Assembly (NCBI GenBank): GCA_965223345.1
Contig: CBDCWG010000012.1
Location: forward strand, 463,629 to 527,628
DNA: 64,000 nt
Source: Nitrospinales bacterium
GTDB lineage: Bacteria > Nitrospinota > Nitrospinia > Nitrospinales > VA-1
Direction of reading: 5' to 3'
This document shows positions 40,104-48,104 of the stretch, in pieces. The translations under genes and the position numbers were made by a program. The number at the start of each line of letters is the position of its first letter. The first letter of the stretch is position 1. The notes beneath the pieces were generated by a model. That model made no database searches and was not told where the DNA came from. It worked only from the letters and a program-made list of their open reading frames with translations.

Positions 40104-40126
40104 CCCTCTCCCCTGGAGGGAGAGGG
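40104..40126. repeat. related 9-bp-stem hairpin
   Basis: CCCTCTCCC-CTGGA-GGGAGAGGG. It has the same CTCTCCC/GGGAGAG arm type as the hairpin at 40014. Confidence 0.8.
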
Positions 40127-40160
40127 CTGGGGTGAGGGGGATTAAAAGAATTCGTTCTTT

Positions 40161-41384
40161 CTACTTCCTCGGGATTTTGAGCTTGGCGAACTCTTCCGGT
40201 TTGCGCCCGTAGCGTTTGTACAGCGCATTGATGACGCGGATGGTTTTGGCGATCCATTCGTCCTGGTGTTTTTGCACGAAATGGTGCTTGGCGATGGTGA
40301 GGTGCTGGATGGCGTAGTAGCCCTCCTTGTTTTTATCGAGCGCCTCCCCGAGCCAGTAGTGCGCCATCGCGTGTTCGGGGTTCATGTCCACGGCTTCCCG
40401 AAGCGCGGCGAGTTCGGCTTCCAGATCCTTGGCTTCGCGGTGGGTTTTGGCGGCCTGGTACTGCGCTTCCGCAAGGTGGTCGCGCACCTTCTCGTTGTTC
40501 GGGGTGATCTTCACCGCCTCCTGCAGCGGCTGCACGGCTTCCGGGAAGCGTTTGAGCTTCATCAGGGCGACGCCGAGCTTGAAGTTGGCTTCGCGCGCCA
40601 TCCTCGGGCTGACCTTCACCGCGGTCGCCAGGTACTGCACGGCTTTTTCGTGCTTCCCCAGCCGGGCGTACAGCATGCCGAGATTGAGATTGGGCAGCAC
40701 CGATTTCGGGTTGACGCGGATGGCGTCCATGTAATGCTTGATGGCCCTGTCGTTGTCGCCGAGCTTGCTGTAGACGATGCCGAAGTTGTAATTGGCGTCC
40801 ACCACCAGGTTCTTGTCGAGCCGCAGCGCCTCCTTGAATTTTTCCAGGGCGTCGTCGTAGCGCCCGAGTTCGGTGTAGCAGATGCCGAGCGAGAGATGCG
40901 CCGGGCCGTAATCGGGCAGGATCTTCACCGCCTCCTGAAAATGGTGCATCGATTCTTTCTGCTGTTTGCGTTTGCCGTACAATATGGAGAGGTTGGTGTG
41001 CGCCTGCGCCAGCCTCTTCTTGACAGCCGGGCTGTCCGGGTCCAGCCTCAGGGCTTCTTCCAGAAATTCGAGCGCTTCGTCGTCGCGCCCCAGTTCCACC
41101 AGCGCCAGCCCCAGCTGATAATGGGCGCTCTTGTGCTTGGGGTTGATGCGCACCGCTTCTTTCAGGGGCGAGACGGCTTCGGAAAAACGGCTGAGCTCGA
41201 TGTACACTTCGCCGAGGTTGTACTGCCCCATGCCGTCGAGCGGGTTGGCGCGCACGGCCTCCTTGTATTTTTCCAGCAGGGCTTTCAGTTCTTCGGGAGG
41301 GCGTTTCGGACGTTGTTTGGGCGCGGTTTTCTGGGGTTTCTTGGAGAACAGTCCGCCGATGAGGTTTTTAAACGATTCGAACAA
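40161..41384 (-). CDS. tetratricopeptide-repeat protein
   Basis: 407 aa. About 9-10 consecutive 34-aa TPR units (e.g. AHYQLGLALVELGRDDEALEFLEEALRLDPDS) follow a basic N-terminus. Confidence 0.85.
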   Translation of the reverse strand: MFESFKNLIGGLFSKKPQKTAPKQRPKRPPEELKALLEKYKEAVRANPLDGMGQYNLGEVYIELSRFSEAVSPLKEAVRINPKHKSAHYQLGLALVELGRDDEALEFLEEALRLDPDSPAVKKRLAQAHTNLSILYGKRKQQKESMHHFQEAVKILPDYGPAHLSLGICYTELGRYDDALEKFKEALRLDKNLVVDANYNFGIVYSKLGDNDRAIKHYMDAIRVNPKSVLPNLNLGMLYARLGKHEKAVQYLATAVKVSPRMAREANFKLGVALMKLKRFPEAVQPLQEAVKITPNNEKVRDHLAEAQYQAAKTHREAKDLEAELAALREAVDMNPEHAMAHYWLGEALDKNKEGYYAIQHLTIAKHHFVQKHQDEWIAKTIRVINALYKRYGRKPEEFAKLKIPRK

Positions 41385-41465
41385 TCCCCTTTCTCCCGTT
41401 CTTTAAGGTCTTTTCCCGTCCCGCGATCTGTGCGACACTGAATGAAGCGGGCGCTTGAAAATTGC

Positions 41466-41480
41466 TGGCACCTTTTTAGC
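41466..41480 (+). promoter_or_regulatory. sigma-54 (-24/-12) promoter candidate for the cupin-methyltransferase gene
   Basis: TGGCACCTTTTTAGC has GG (41467-41468) and GC (41479-41480) 12 nt apart. The -24 box is perfect and the -12 box is TAGC. It lies 186 nt upstream of the GTG at 41666. Confidence 0.45.
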
Positions 41481-41665
41481 GGGTTGATGGGTCAAAATCA
41501 ACCCCCGCCGCCGCGGCGAAAAAAATTTCCGGCCGCGGTCCTCTTGCGGTTGTGACATCGCATTCTTTTGGATCCTTCGGAAGGGCTTCGATCTTCCGTC
41601 CGCCGCCCGCCTTCCGGAGTTCCCTCATTTCCACGTCATGAAACACAAATAGAAGGAGATGCACC

Positions 41666-43318
41666 GTGGTTTCCTCTGCAACGGCCAAAGACAAATCCCT
41701 GCTTCCGGCCTCGATCCTGCGACTGATCGAGTCGATCGAAGCGGAAAAGGACATGACGCCTTACAAAGCGCGTGATCTGCTGATTGCGGCGGAACTGAAG
41801 ATGGAAGATTTGGAGACCTGGGCGACGTACGATCACCCCGCGGCGGACAGCTACGGCCGCACACTGGTTTACGACGGCGGTTATTTTGAAATGATGGCGA
41901 TGTCCTGGCTGCCGGGGGACTGTTCGGGCATCCACGACCACGGGCACACGCAATGGGGCGCGGTGCAGGTGTTCGGCCCCGCCGAGCACGCGGTGTTTCT
42001 GGTGCAGGACGGGGAGATCAGCACGCTGACGCGCACCAAGGTGAAGGCGGGTCAGGTGCTCGCGGTCGGGCACCAGCTGGTGCACCAGATGCAGAACCCG
42101 ACCAACATCAAGTTCCTCACGTTTCACCTGTACGGCACGCCGGATCCTGCGCGCCCGATCACCGGCGACGCGCGCATCTTCGTGATCGAGAGCAATCAGA
42201 TTCAGCGCACCGACGGCGGCGTGTTCTACGCGCTGCCTGAGGAACAGATCAAATCGACGGAACCGGGCCCGCGCCCGGACTACATGACCTGGCTGCGGGA
42301 TCTGGTGGAGCTGTTGAAGCGGCTGCACCGGACGCAGGTCGCGGGGCCGCTGCCGGACGACTGGGAAACGCGGCTGAAGGAGTTGCAGCAGAAACTGTTC
42401 GATGTGAAAAACTGGGACTGGTTCGTGCGCGACCTGATGTACAACGTGGACGAGGAAACGGGCTTCGTGGTGGAGGCGGGAGTGTACAGCCTGCTGCGCA
42501 AGGAGCTGACGGAAGCGGCGGAGGTGCAAAAGCACCTGTTGTTCCAGCACAAGGAAGAGGAAGATCCGTTTTTCACCTATGCGGAGTTGTACGACGATGT
42601 GGTGGGGCTGCCCTGTCTGGAGGAATTCATCGCGCCCTACCTGCGTTTCGTGATCGACAAATACAACCTGAACCTCAAAGAAGACCGGCTGCTGTCCATC
42701 GGCTGCGGCACCGGCGTGGTCGAGGATTTTCTCATCCGCGAATGCGGCATGCCTAAGGAAAACCTGCTGGGCATCGACAAATCGGAAGCGATGATCCAGG
42801 TGGCTTCGCGCCGCATCCACGCCGAGGTGAAAGACCTGCTGGCGTTGTCGGGGCAATCCTGGGACCTGTCGTTCAGCGGGCTCAACGTGTTTCAGTACCT
42901 GGCTCCGGAGCAGCTGGAGCAGGCCATCGAGGTGACGGCGCAGATCACCAAACCCGGCGGCACCTTCTTCGGCGATTTCATCACGCCCGACCACATCCGC
43001 ATTTACCCGCACGTGATCCGCTCGCAGAGCGACAACGTCATCTCGCTGCGGCAGCCGGTGCTGATCGAGCGCGGCAACAGCACCTATCAGCAAAGCGAGA
43101 TCCTCAACGTCAACCGGCAGTCGGGAAAACTGTCGATCACCCACGAAGGCAAGCACGTGCGGTTCCTGCCGTCGCTGTGGCGTCTGCGCAAACTGTTCGA
43201 GCGCACCTTCGAAGGCGCGGTGGACGTGTACGACGCGGTGACGCTCAAACCCATCGAGCGCAAGGCGGACACCTGCCCCTCGACGCGCATCCTCATCGTC
43301 GCGCAGCGTAAAAAATAA
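41666..43318 (+). CDS. fusion protein: cysteine-dioxygenase-like cupin (N) + class I SAM-dependent methyltransferase (C)
   Basis: 550 aa. The N-terminal part SYGRTLVYDGGYFEMMAMSWLPGDCSGIHDHGHTQWGAVQVFG...LVHQMQN fits the CDO-type cupin pattern (W-x-PG-x-S-x-IHDH...H). The C-terminal part has MTase motif I LLSIGCGTGVVEDFL and post-I LGIDKSEAM. GTG start with GAAGGAG 7 nt upstream. Confidence 0.7.
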   Translation: MVSSATAKDKSLLPASILRLIESIEAEKDMTPYKARDLLIAAELKMEDLETWATYDHPAADSYGRTLVYDGGYFEMMAMSWLPGDCSGIHDHGHTQWGAVQVFGPAEHAVFLVQDGEISTLTRTKVKAGQVLAVGHQLVHQMQNPTNIKFLTFHLYGTPDPARPITGDARIFVIESNQIQRTDGGVFYALPEEQIKSTEPGPRPDYMTWLRDLVELLKRLHRTQVAGPLPDDWETRLKELQQKLFDVKNWDWFVRDLMYNVDEETGFVVEAGVYSLLRKELTEAAEVQKHLLFQHKEEEDPFFTYAELYDDVVGLPCLEEFIAPYLRFVIDKYNLNLKEDRLLSIGCGTGVVEDFLIRECGMPKENLLGIDKSEAMIQVASRRIHAEVKDLLALSGQSWDLSFSGLNVFQYLAPEQLEQAIEVTAQITKPGGTFFGDFITPDHIRIYPHVIRSQSDNVISLRQPVLIERGNSTYQQSEILNVNRQSGKLSITHEGKHVRFLPSLWRLRKLFERTFEGAVDVYDAVTLKPIERKADTCPSTRILIVAQRKK

Positions 43319-43330
43319 AAGAAGCGACGT

Positions 43331-44071
43331 TCAGCGTTTGCGTTTCGCCTGGCTTTTCTGTTCAGATTTGAATTTAAAGTGGATGAATTTTTTCTTTTCC
43401 CACTGCGGGGCCTGGTCGGGGATGAAATACTTCACCCGCGAGCCGCTGATGGAGGCGGCGTTGGTGAGCAGGGCGATGCGCCAGCGGCCTTTGACTTTTT
43501 CCCAGTAGTCGATGTGGGGCTCTTCCACATCGAACGCCACGTTGTCCCGCACGAGGGCGGGGTTGAGTCGTTCGCGGGCTTTCAGTTTGCCGGCGACCAT
43601 CGCGTAGCGGCCGTCCTGGCTGATGGAGACTTTTTCCAGCACGTAGTCGTTCACCTTGATGAACGGATTGGTGAACCAGCGGTAGGTGCGCGGAATGGGA
43701 AAACCGAGCGGATCTTTCTTTTCGGGGTTCTTCTTGATGTGGGCGAGGGAGGGCGTCATCGCGCCGGAGACATGCTGGTTCGCGCCATCGCGGTAATCGT
43801 GCGGCACGCGGCCTTCGAAAAACTTGTATTCTTCCAAAGACACCTTTTTCTGAAACTGCGGGTGCTGGTAGGCGTAGAGGGATTTCCACTGGCTGGCTTT
43901 GCGCTTGGCGAAATAATCCTTTTGCAGGGCGGCGAGTTTTTTCGCCTCCTTGAGATATTTTCCTTTGGATGCAGCCTGCACGGGGTCCGCACCCGCCACA
44001 ACCAGCACCACTAAAGCCGCTCCGATCAACGCCTGCTTCCACCCCGCCTGCCCATCGCTTAGAAATCGCAT
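43331..44071 (-). CDS. hypothetical secreted protein
   Basis: 246 aa with signal peptide ...ALIGAALVVLVVAGADPVQA. Composition and codon bias look coding. I cannot name a family. Confidence 0.6.
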   Translation of the reverse strand: MRFLSDGQAGWKQALIGAALVVLVVAGADPVQAASKGKYLKEAKKLAALQKDYFAKRKASQWKSLYAYQHPQFQKKVSLEEYKFFEGRVPHDYRDGANQHVSGAMTPSLAHIKKNPEKKDPLGFPIPRTYRWFTNPFIKVNDYVLEKVSISQDGRYAMVAGKLKARERLNPALVRDNVAFDVEEPHIDYWEKVKGRWRIALLTNAASISGSRVKYFIPDQAPQWEKKKFIHFKFKSEQKSQAKRKR

Positions 44072-44368
44072 CCGTCCGGATCTCCTGGAAAAATTCGAAA
44101 GTCGTCTCCGGTCTTAACGGCAGCAGCGAAGCAGAGCTAAAGCATCCATTTGAAAGGGGAATTTTTACCAAATATGGGCATGAAGAAAAGTAGAAAGTAC
44201 CTAAAAGGTTTTTCCCCTTGTGGACTTGTGAAAAACCGCTGACCGCTTTTATCACAGGGTCCACAGTTCCAACAATCACAAATAGTTAATTCCACTAAAA
44301 GTTAAAATTAAGTTTATTCAATAATTAGATTTATCGTTGAGAGGATCACTTTAACTGGAGCAACAATC

Positions 44369-45175
44369 ATGGAGATCATCGAATTAAAATCTTGGGAAGA
44401 ATTTGAAGAAAGCTTCAAAAGAGAAATCGACGGGTCTGACTTTAAAAATAAACAGGAATATGATCATATCTCCAGTCCTTTATTTAGAGGGCAATCCGAT
44501 AAAGACTGGAAATTGCAAACTACTCTTGAAAGATTCTTCCAAAGCAAAAAAGGATTCAATCAGGAATTTTCATGGGATACTTATCATCGAATTCTTCAAG
44601 CTGTCGAACGCGCAGTTTCCTCTTTAACATCAAATAGAATTGAGCTTCCTACCTTTAAACATCACATCTCTCCCATTCCACCCGGCTATGAGTTTATGAT
44701 TTACTTGAGGCATCACGATTTTCCATCTCCCTTACTAGATTGGACAAAGTCACCTTACGTAGCAGCTTTTTTTGCATTCAGTGGAGCTACAGTATCAACC
44801 GATGTAGCAATCTTTTCGTTTAGAGAAGATATCGGTTTAGGCAAGGGCGGTTGGAGAGGTGAACCACAAATTGAGGCATTAGGCCCTTATGTAGTAACGC
44901 ACAAAAGACATTACCAACAACAATGCTACTACACTATTTGCTTTAAAGAAGATGAATACCAAAAAAGAACCTATTGCTCTCATCAAGATGTGCAATTTGG
45001 AAACGATCAAGACATTTTAAAGAAATATATTATCCCTTACAAAGAAAGAGGAAAAGTTCTTGCGAAACTTGACTTGATGAATATCAATGCATTTTCCCTC
45101 TTTGGAAATGAGGAAAGTTTGGCGAAGATGCTTGCTTACCGAGAAATGGAAAAAGAAATATCATCAATAATTTAA
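44369..45175 (+). CDS. FRG-domain protein on a low-GC islet
   Basis: 268 aa. SSPLFRGQSDKDWKLQTTLERF (FRG motif) and LRHHDFPSPLLDWTKSPYVAAFFAF (the H-x-x-P-[ST]-x-LLDWT...A-x-YFA block) match my memory of PF08867. Hand counts give 19/60 and 23/60 G+C in two internal lines. Confidence 0.75.
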   Translation: MEIIELKSWEEFEESFKREIDGSDFKNKQEYDHISSPLFRGQSDKDWKLQTTLERFFQSKKGFNQEFSWDTYHRILQAVERAVSSLTSNRIELPTFKHHISPIPPGYEFMIYLRHHDFPSPLLDWTKSPYVAAFFAFSGATVSTDVAIFSFREDIGLGKGGWRGEPQIEALGPYVVTHKRHYQQQCYYTICFKEDEYQKRTYCSHQDVQFGNDQDILKKYIIPYKERGKVLAKLDLMNINAFSLFGNEESLAKMLAYREMEKEISSII

Positions 45176-45232
45176 AACCCAAACATCTCTTGCCCTAATA
45201 AATTGAGGAAATAATTTCTTTATCGCAACGCG

Positions 45233-47061
45233 CTACTCCCCAACCTTCTGCAAAATCGTTTCGGCGAGGGCGGGAGTGATGCCGGGGACGGCGGTGAGGT
45301 CGGCGACGGAGGCGGCGCGGATGTTCTCGAGGCTGCCGAACTGTTTGAGCAGCAGCACGCGGCGCTTCTTGCCGATGCCGGGAATGGCTTCGAGCGGCGA
45401 GTCGAGCGTGTTCTTGCCGCGCAGCTTGCGGTGGTAGGTGATGGCGAAGCGGTGCGCCTCGTCGCGGATGCGCTGCAATAAAAAGCGCGACGGCGAGTTT
45501 TCTTTGAACAGGATCGGCGTTTTCGTCCGCGTGAGCAGCACTTCGTCGGTGTCGAGGTTGTTGCGGAACTTGCCCTTGGCGATGCAGGCGAGATCGACTT
45601 TGCCGGTGAGCCCCAGCTCCTCCAGCACGGCGGCGGCGGTGTTGAGATGACCGCGGCCGCCGTCGATCAGCACGCAGCTGGGCAGCGGTTTGCCTTCATC
45701 CAACAGCCTCTGGTAGCGGCGCTGCATCACCTCGCGCATCATGGCGTAATCGTCGATGCCTTCCACGCGCTTGATCTTGTAGCGGCGGTACGATGATTTG
45801 TCGGCCTGACCGCTCTTGAACACCACGACCGAGCCGACGGCGTGATCGCCGGAGATGTTGGAGATGTCGAACCCTTCGATGGTTTCGGGATAGTTTTTCA
45901 GTTCCAGCGCCGCGCGCAACTCCTCCAGCATGCGGGTGGCGGTTTCGCCTTTGTCGAGCTCGGTGCGCATGGCGAAACGGGCGTTTTCCTCGGCCATCTT
46001 CACCAGCTCGCGTTTTTTTCCGCGCGCGGGAACCTCCAGCTGCACGCGGCTTTTCTTCTTGCCGGAGAGCCAGGCGGCGATGAGATCGCCATCCTCGATG
46101 CCGTGCGGCAGCAGGATCTCTTTCGGCAGCATCGGCTCGCCGGCGTAGTACTGCTTGAGGAACGAAGACAGGGTTTCGTTGTCCTCCATTTCGTTCTGGC
46201 TTTTCATCTTGAAAATTTTCTCGCCCACCATCTTGCCGCTGCGGATCGCCAGCACCTGCACCATCGCCTGGCCGCCTTCCATGCAGTAACCGACGATGTC
46301 CTGATCCTCGAAGGTCGTGGAAACGATCTTCTGCTTGTCGAGCACGGTTTTCACGGCGGCGATCTTGTCGCGCAGCACGGCGGCTTCCTCGTAATGCTGT
46401 TTTTTCGGAGGCCCGCGGCCATCCTGCTTTTCAGGATGTCCATCAGCTCGGAGTTCCGGCCCTTTAAAAACAGGATCACCTCCTGCACCACATTGCTGTA
46501 GTCCTCGGGTGTGATGTAGCCGGCGCAGGGGGCGTGGCAGCGGTTCATCTGGTAGTTCAGGCAGGGCCGCCGCTGCGGCTGGCCGTCGAGCGGGTCGCGG
46601 CTCTGGCGCAGCGGGAAGATCCTGTAGATGATGCGCATGGTCTCGCGCACTTCCTTGACCATGGTGTAGGGGCCGAAATAGGTGGCGCCGTCTTTTTTCA
46701 CGCGGCGCACGACTTCCAGCCGCGGGTAGAGCTCCTGGGTGGTCAGGCGCAGGTAGGGGTATTGCTTGTCGTCGCGCAGGCAGACGTTGTAACGCGGCTG
46801 GTGCTTCTTGACGAAATTGCTCTCTAAAATCAACGCCTCGGCTTCGGTGCGCGTGGTGAGGAATTTGATGTCGCGCACTTTGCCCAGAAAGGTGCGGGTC
46901 TTGAGCGGCAGGTGGCGGGAGTTCTGGAAATACGAGCGCACCCGCACGTTGAGGGATTTGGCCTTGCCGATATAAAGGATCGCATCCTTCGAATCCTTCA
47001 TGATATATATTCCCGGAAGCTTGGGAATTTTTTCGATGATGTCGTTGAGCTTGTCCGGCAT
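45233..47061 (-). pseudogene. uvrC: excinuclease ABC subunit C, interrupted by a 1-nt frameshift in an A6 run (or an assembly error)
   Basis: The N-terminal GIY-YIG part (PGIYIMKDSKDAILYIGKAKSLNVRVRSY) lies in the frame of ORF 46351..47061. The UVR domain, RNase H-like domain and (HhH)2 part lie in the frame of ORF 45233..47119, from ...KKQHYEEAAVLRDKI onward. The two frames meet at the T6 run at 46400-46405 on the plus strand. Confidence 0.9.
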
Positions 47062-47194
47062 GGGCCTTTTCCGCTCCGCCTGCGGCGGGCTTGAAAGAGA
47101 GATCGGGTTTCTCTCTCAATTATACCGGACTGGGACGATAAGCAATAATTTCAATCATTTCTCAACTTTTTGCATCCAAACTCAGGAAGACAAA

Positions 47195-47521
47195 ATGAAT
47201 CAATGGGTGCCCATCACCGAAGAGGAAATGCTGAAACGATTGAATGAAGAATGGAACGACTGCTCTGATAAACGAAAAGCAATCTTCGAGAAATACAGAG
47301 TGCCGCTGAAAAAGCATCCCATCGAAAGAAACGGAAAAACGGAGCACGTGTTTGTGGTGGCCCGGAAAGGCAATGAAGTCATGTATTACGAGGATGTGGA
47401 AGAGGGCTTCAATATTTCCCCGATTTCACCGGACGGGAAAATTCTGGAACATGGGTGCAATCAGGATGAATTAAAACATGCTCTGCGCCATTGGGATACC
47501 GAAGACCCTATAAGGGATTGA
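47195..47521 (+). CDS. hypothetical small protein (108 aa), lower GC than its neighbours
   Basis: ATG 47195 has AGGAAG 5 nt upstream. It reads MNQWVPITEEEMLKRLNEEWNDCSDKRKAIFEKY.... I recognise no family. The longer track ORF from 47000 overlaps the uvrC start and I discounted it. Confidence 0.5.
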   Translation: MNQWVPITEEEMLKRLNEEWNDCSDKRKAIFEKYRVPLKKHPIERNGKTEHVFVVARKGNEVMYYEDVEEGFNISPISPDGKILEHGCNQDELKHALRHWDTEDPIRD

Positions 47522-47550
47522 AGGAGTGTTCATGAAAACGCATCAAGCAG

Positions 47551-47931
47551 GTGATTCTGATCCGCAAGGATCTGAACATGCGGCGCGGCAAGGAGATCGC
47601 CCAGGGCTCGCACGCGGCCAGCGGGTTTCTGGTGGAAAACCTGCGCGGGGCGCTGGTGAAGGACCGGGCCACGGAGGTGACGCTGGAACTCTCTCCGGAG
47701 GAGACCACCTGGCTGCTGCAGGGCATGGCCAAGGTGTGCCTGAGAGTCAACTCGGAGGCGGAACTGGTGGAGCTGCACAAAAAGGCCGAAGCAAGCGGGC
47801 TGCCCAGCCACCTGGTGCAGGACAGCGGCCGCACGGAGTTTCACGGCAAGCCCACGTTCACCGCCTGCGCCATCGGGCCGGGGGACAGCGAGGCCATCGA
47901 CGCGCTGACGGGAGATCTGGTGCCGTACTGA
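47551..47931 (+). CDS. PTH2-family peptidyl-tRNA hydrolase
   Basis: ILIRKDLNMRRGKEIAQGSHAA...KVCLRVNSEAELVELHKKAEASGLPSHLVQDSGRTEFHGKPTFTACAIGP matches the PTH2 pattern (DL-x-M-x-x-GK-x-AAQ-x-SHA ... DAGRT ... GP). Confidence 0.85.
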   Translation: MILIRKDLNMRRGKEIAQGSHAASGFLVENLRGALVKDRATEVTLELSPEETTWLLQGMAKVCLRVNSEAELVELHKKAEASGLPSHLVQDSGRTEFHGKPTFTACAIGPGDSEAIDALTGDLVPY

Positions 47932-48048
47932 ACCGCTCGTTATTTTTACGCAAGACATTGAAAAATTCTCGGAAGGGCGCTACAAAACTCTGCCCAATCG
48001 GGTTATACTTTCGGCACCAAGAAGACAAGCGACGGCAATCAGAAGGGT

Positions 48049-48075
48049 TTTCGCGCTGAGGCGCGAAACTCTTTT
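48049..48075 (+). terminator. terminator/attenuator-like hairpin in the leader of the SNF transporter gene
   Basis: TTTCGCGC (48049-48056), loop TGAG, GCGCGAAA (48061-48068), followed by CTCTTTT. It ends 30 nt before the ATG at 48105. Confidence 0.35.
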
Positions 48076-48104
48076 GCAAGCAATCACCAATCAGTTTCCC
48101 TCCT

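Larger units (their letters stand above)
39904..40140. repeat. inverted-repeat-flanked REP/MITE-like element
   Basis: CCCCCTCACCCAAGCC (39904-39919) and the reverse complement of GGCTGGGGTGAGGGGG (40125-40140) match at 15/16 positions. Together they bracket a lower-GC interior of about 205 bp. Confidence 0.55.

Noticed and set aside
46406-47119. N-terminal 238 aa of the 628-aa track ORF 45233..47119 (MREKPDLSFKPAAGG...)
   Set aside because: This is an out-of-frame read-through over the uvrC 5' half. The true N-terminus (GIY-YIG) is in the 46351..47061 frame, and the two frames are joined by the A6 frameshift.
47526-48059. 177-aa ORF overlapping the PTH2 gene in another frame
   Set aside because: The PTH2 frame carries the family motifs. 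The alternative frame is Gly/Arg/Ala-rich with no motifs and runs through the downstream promoter and leader.
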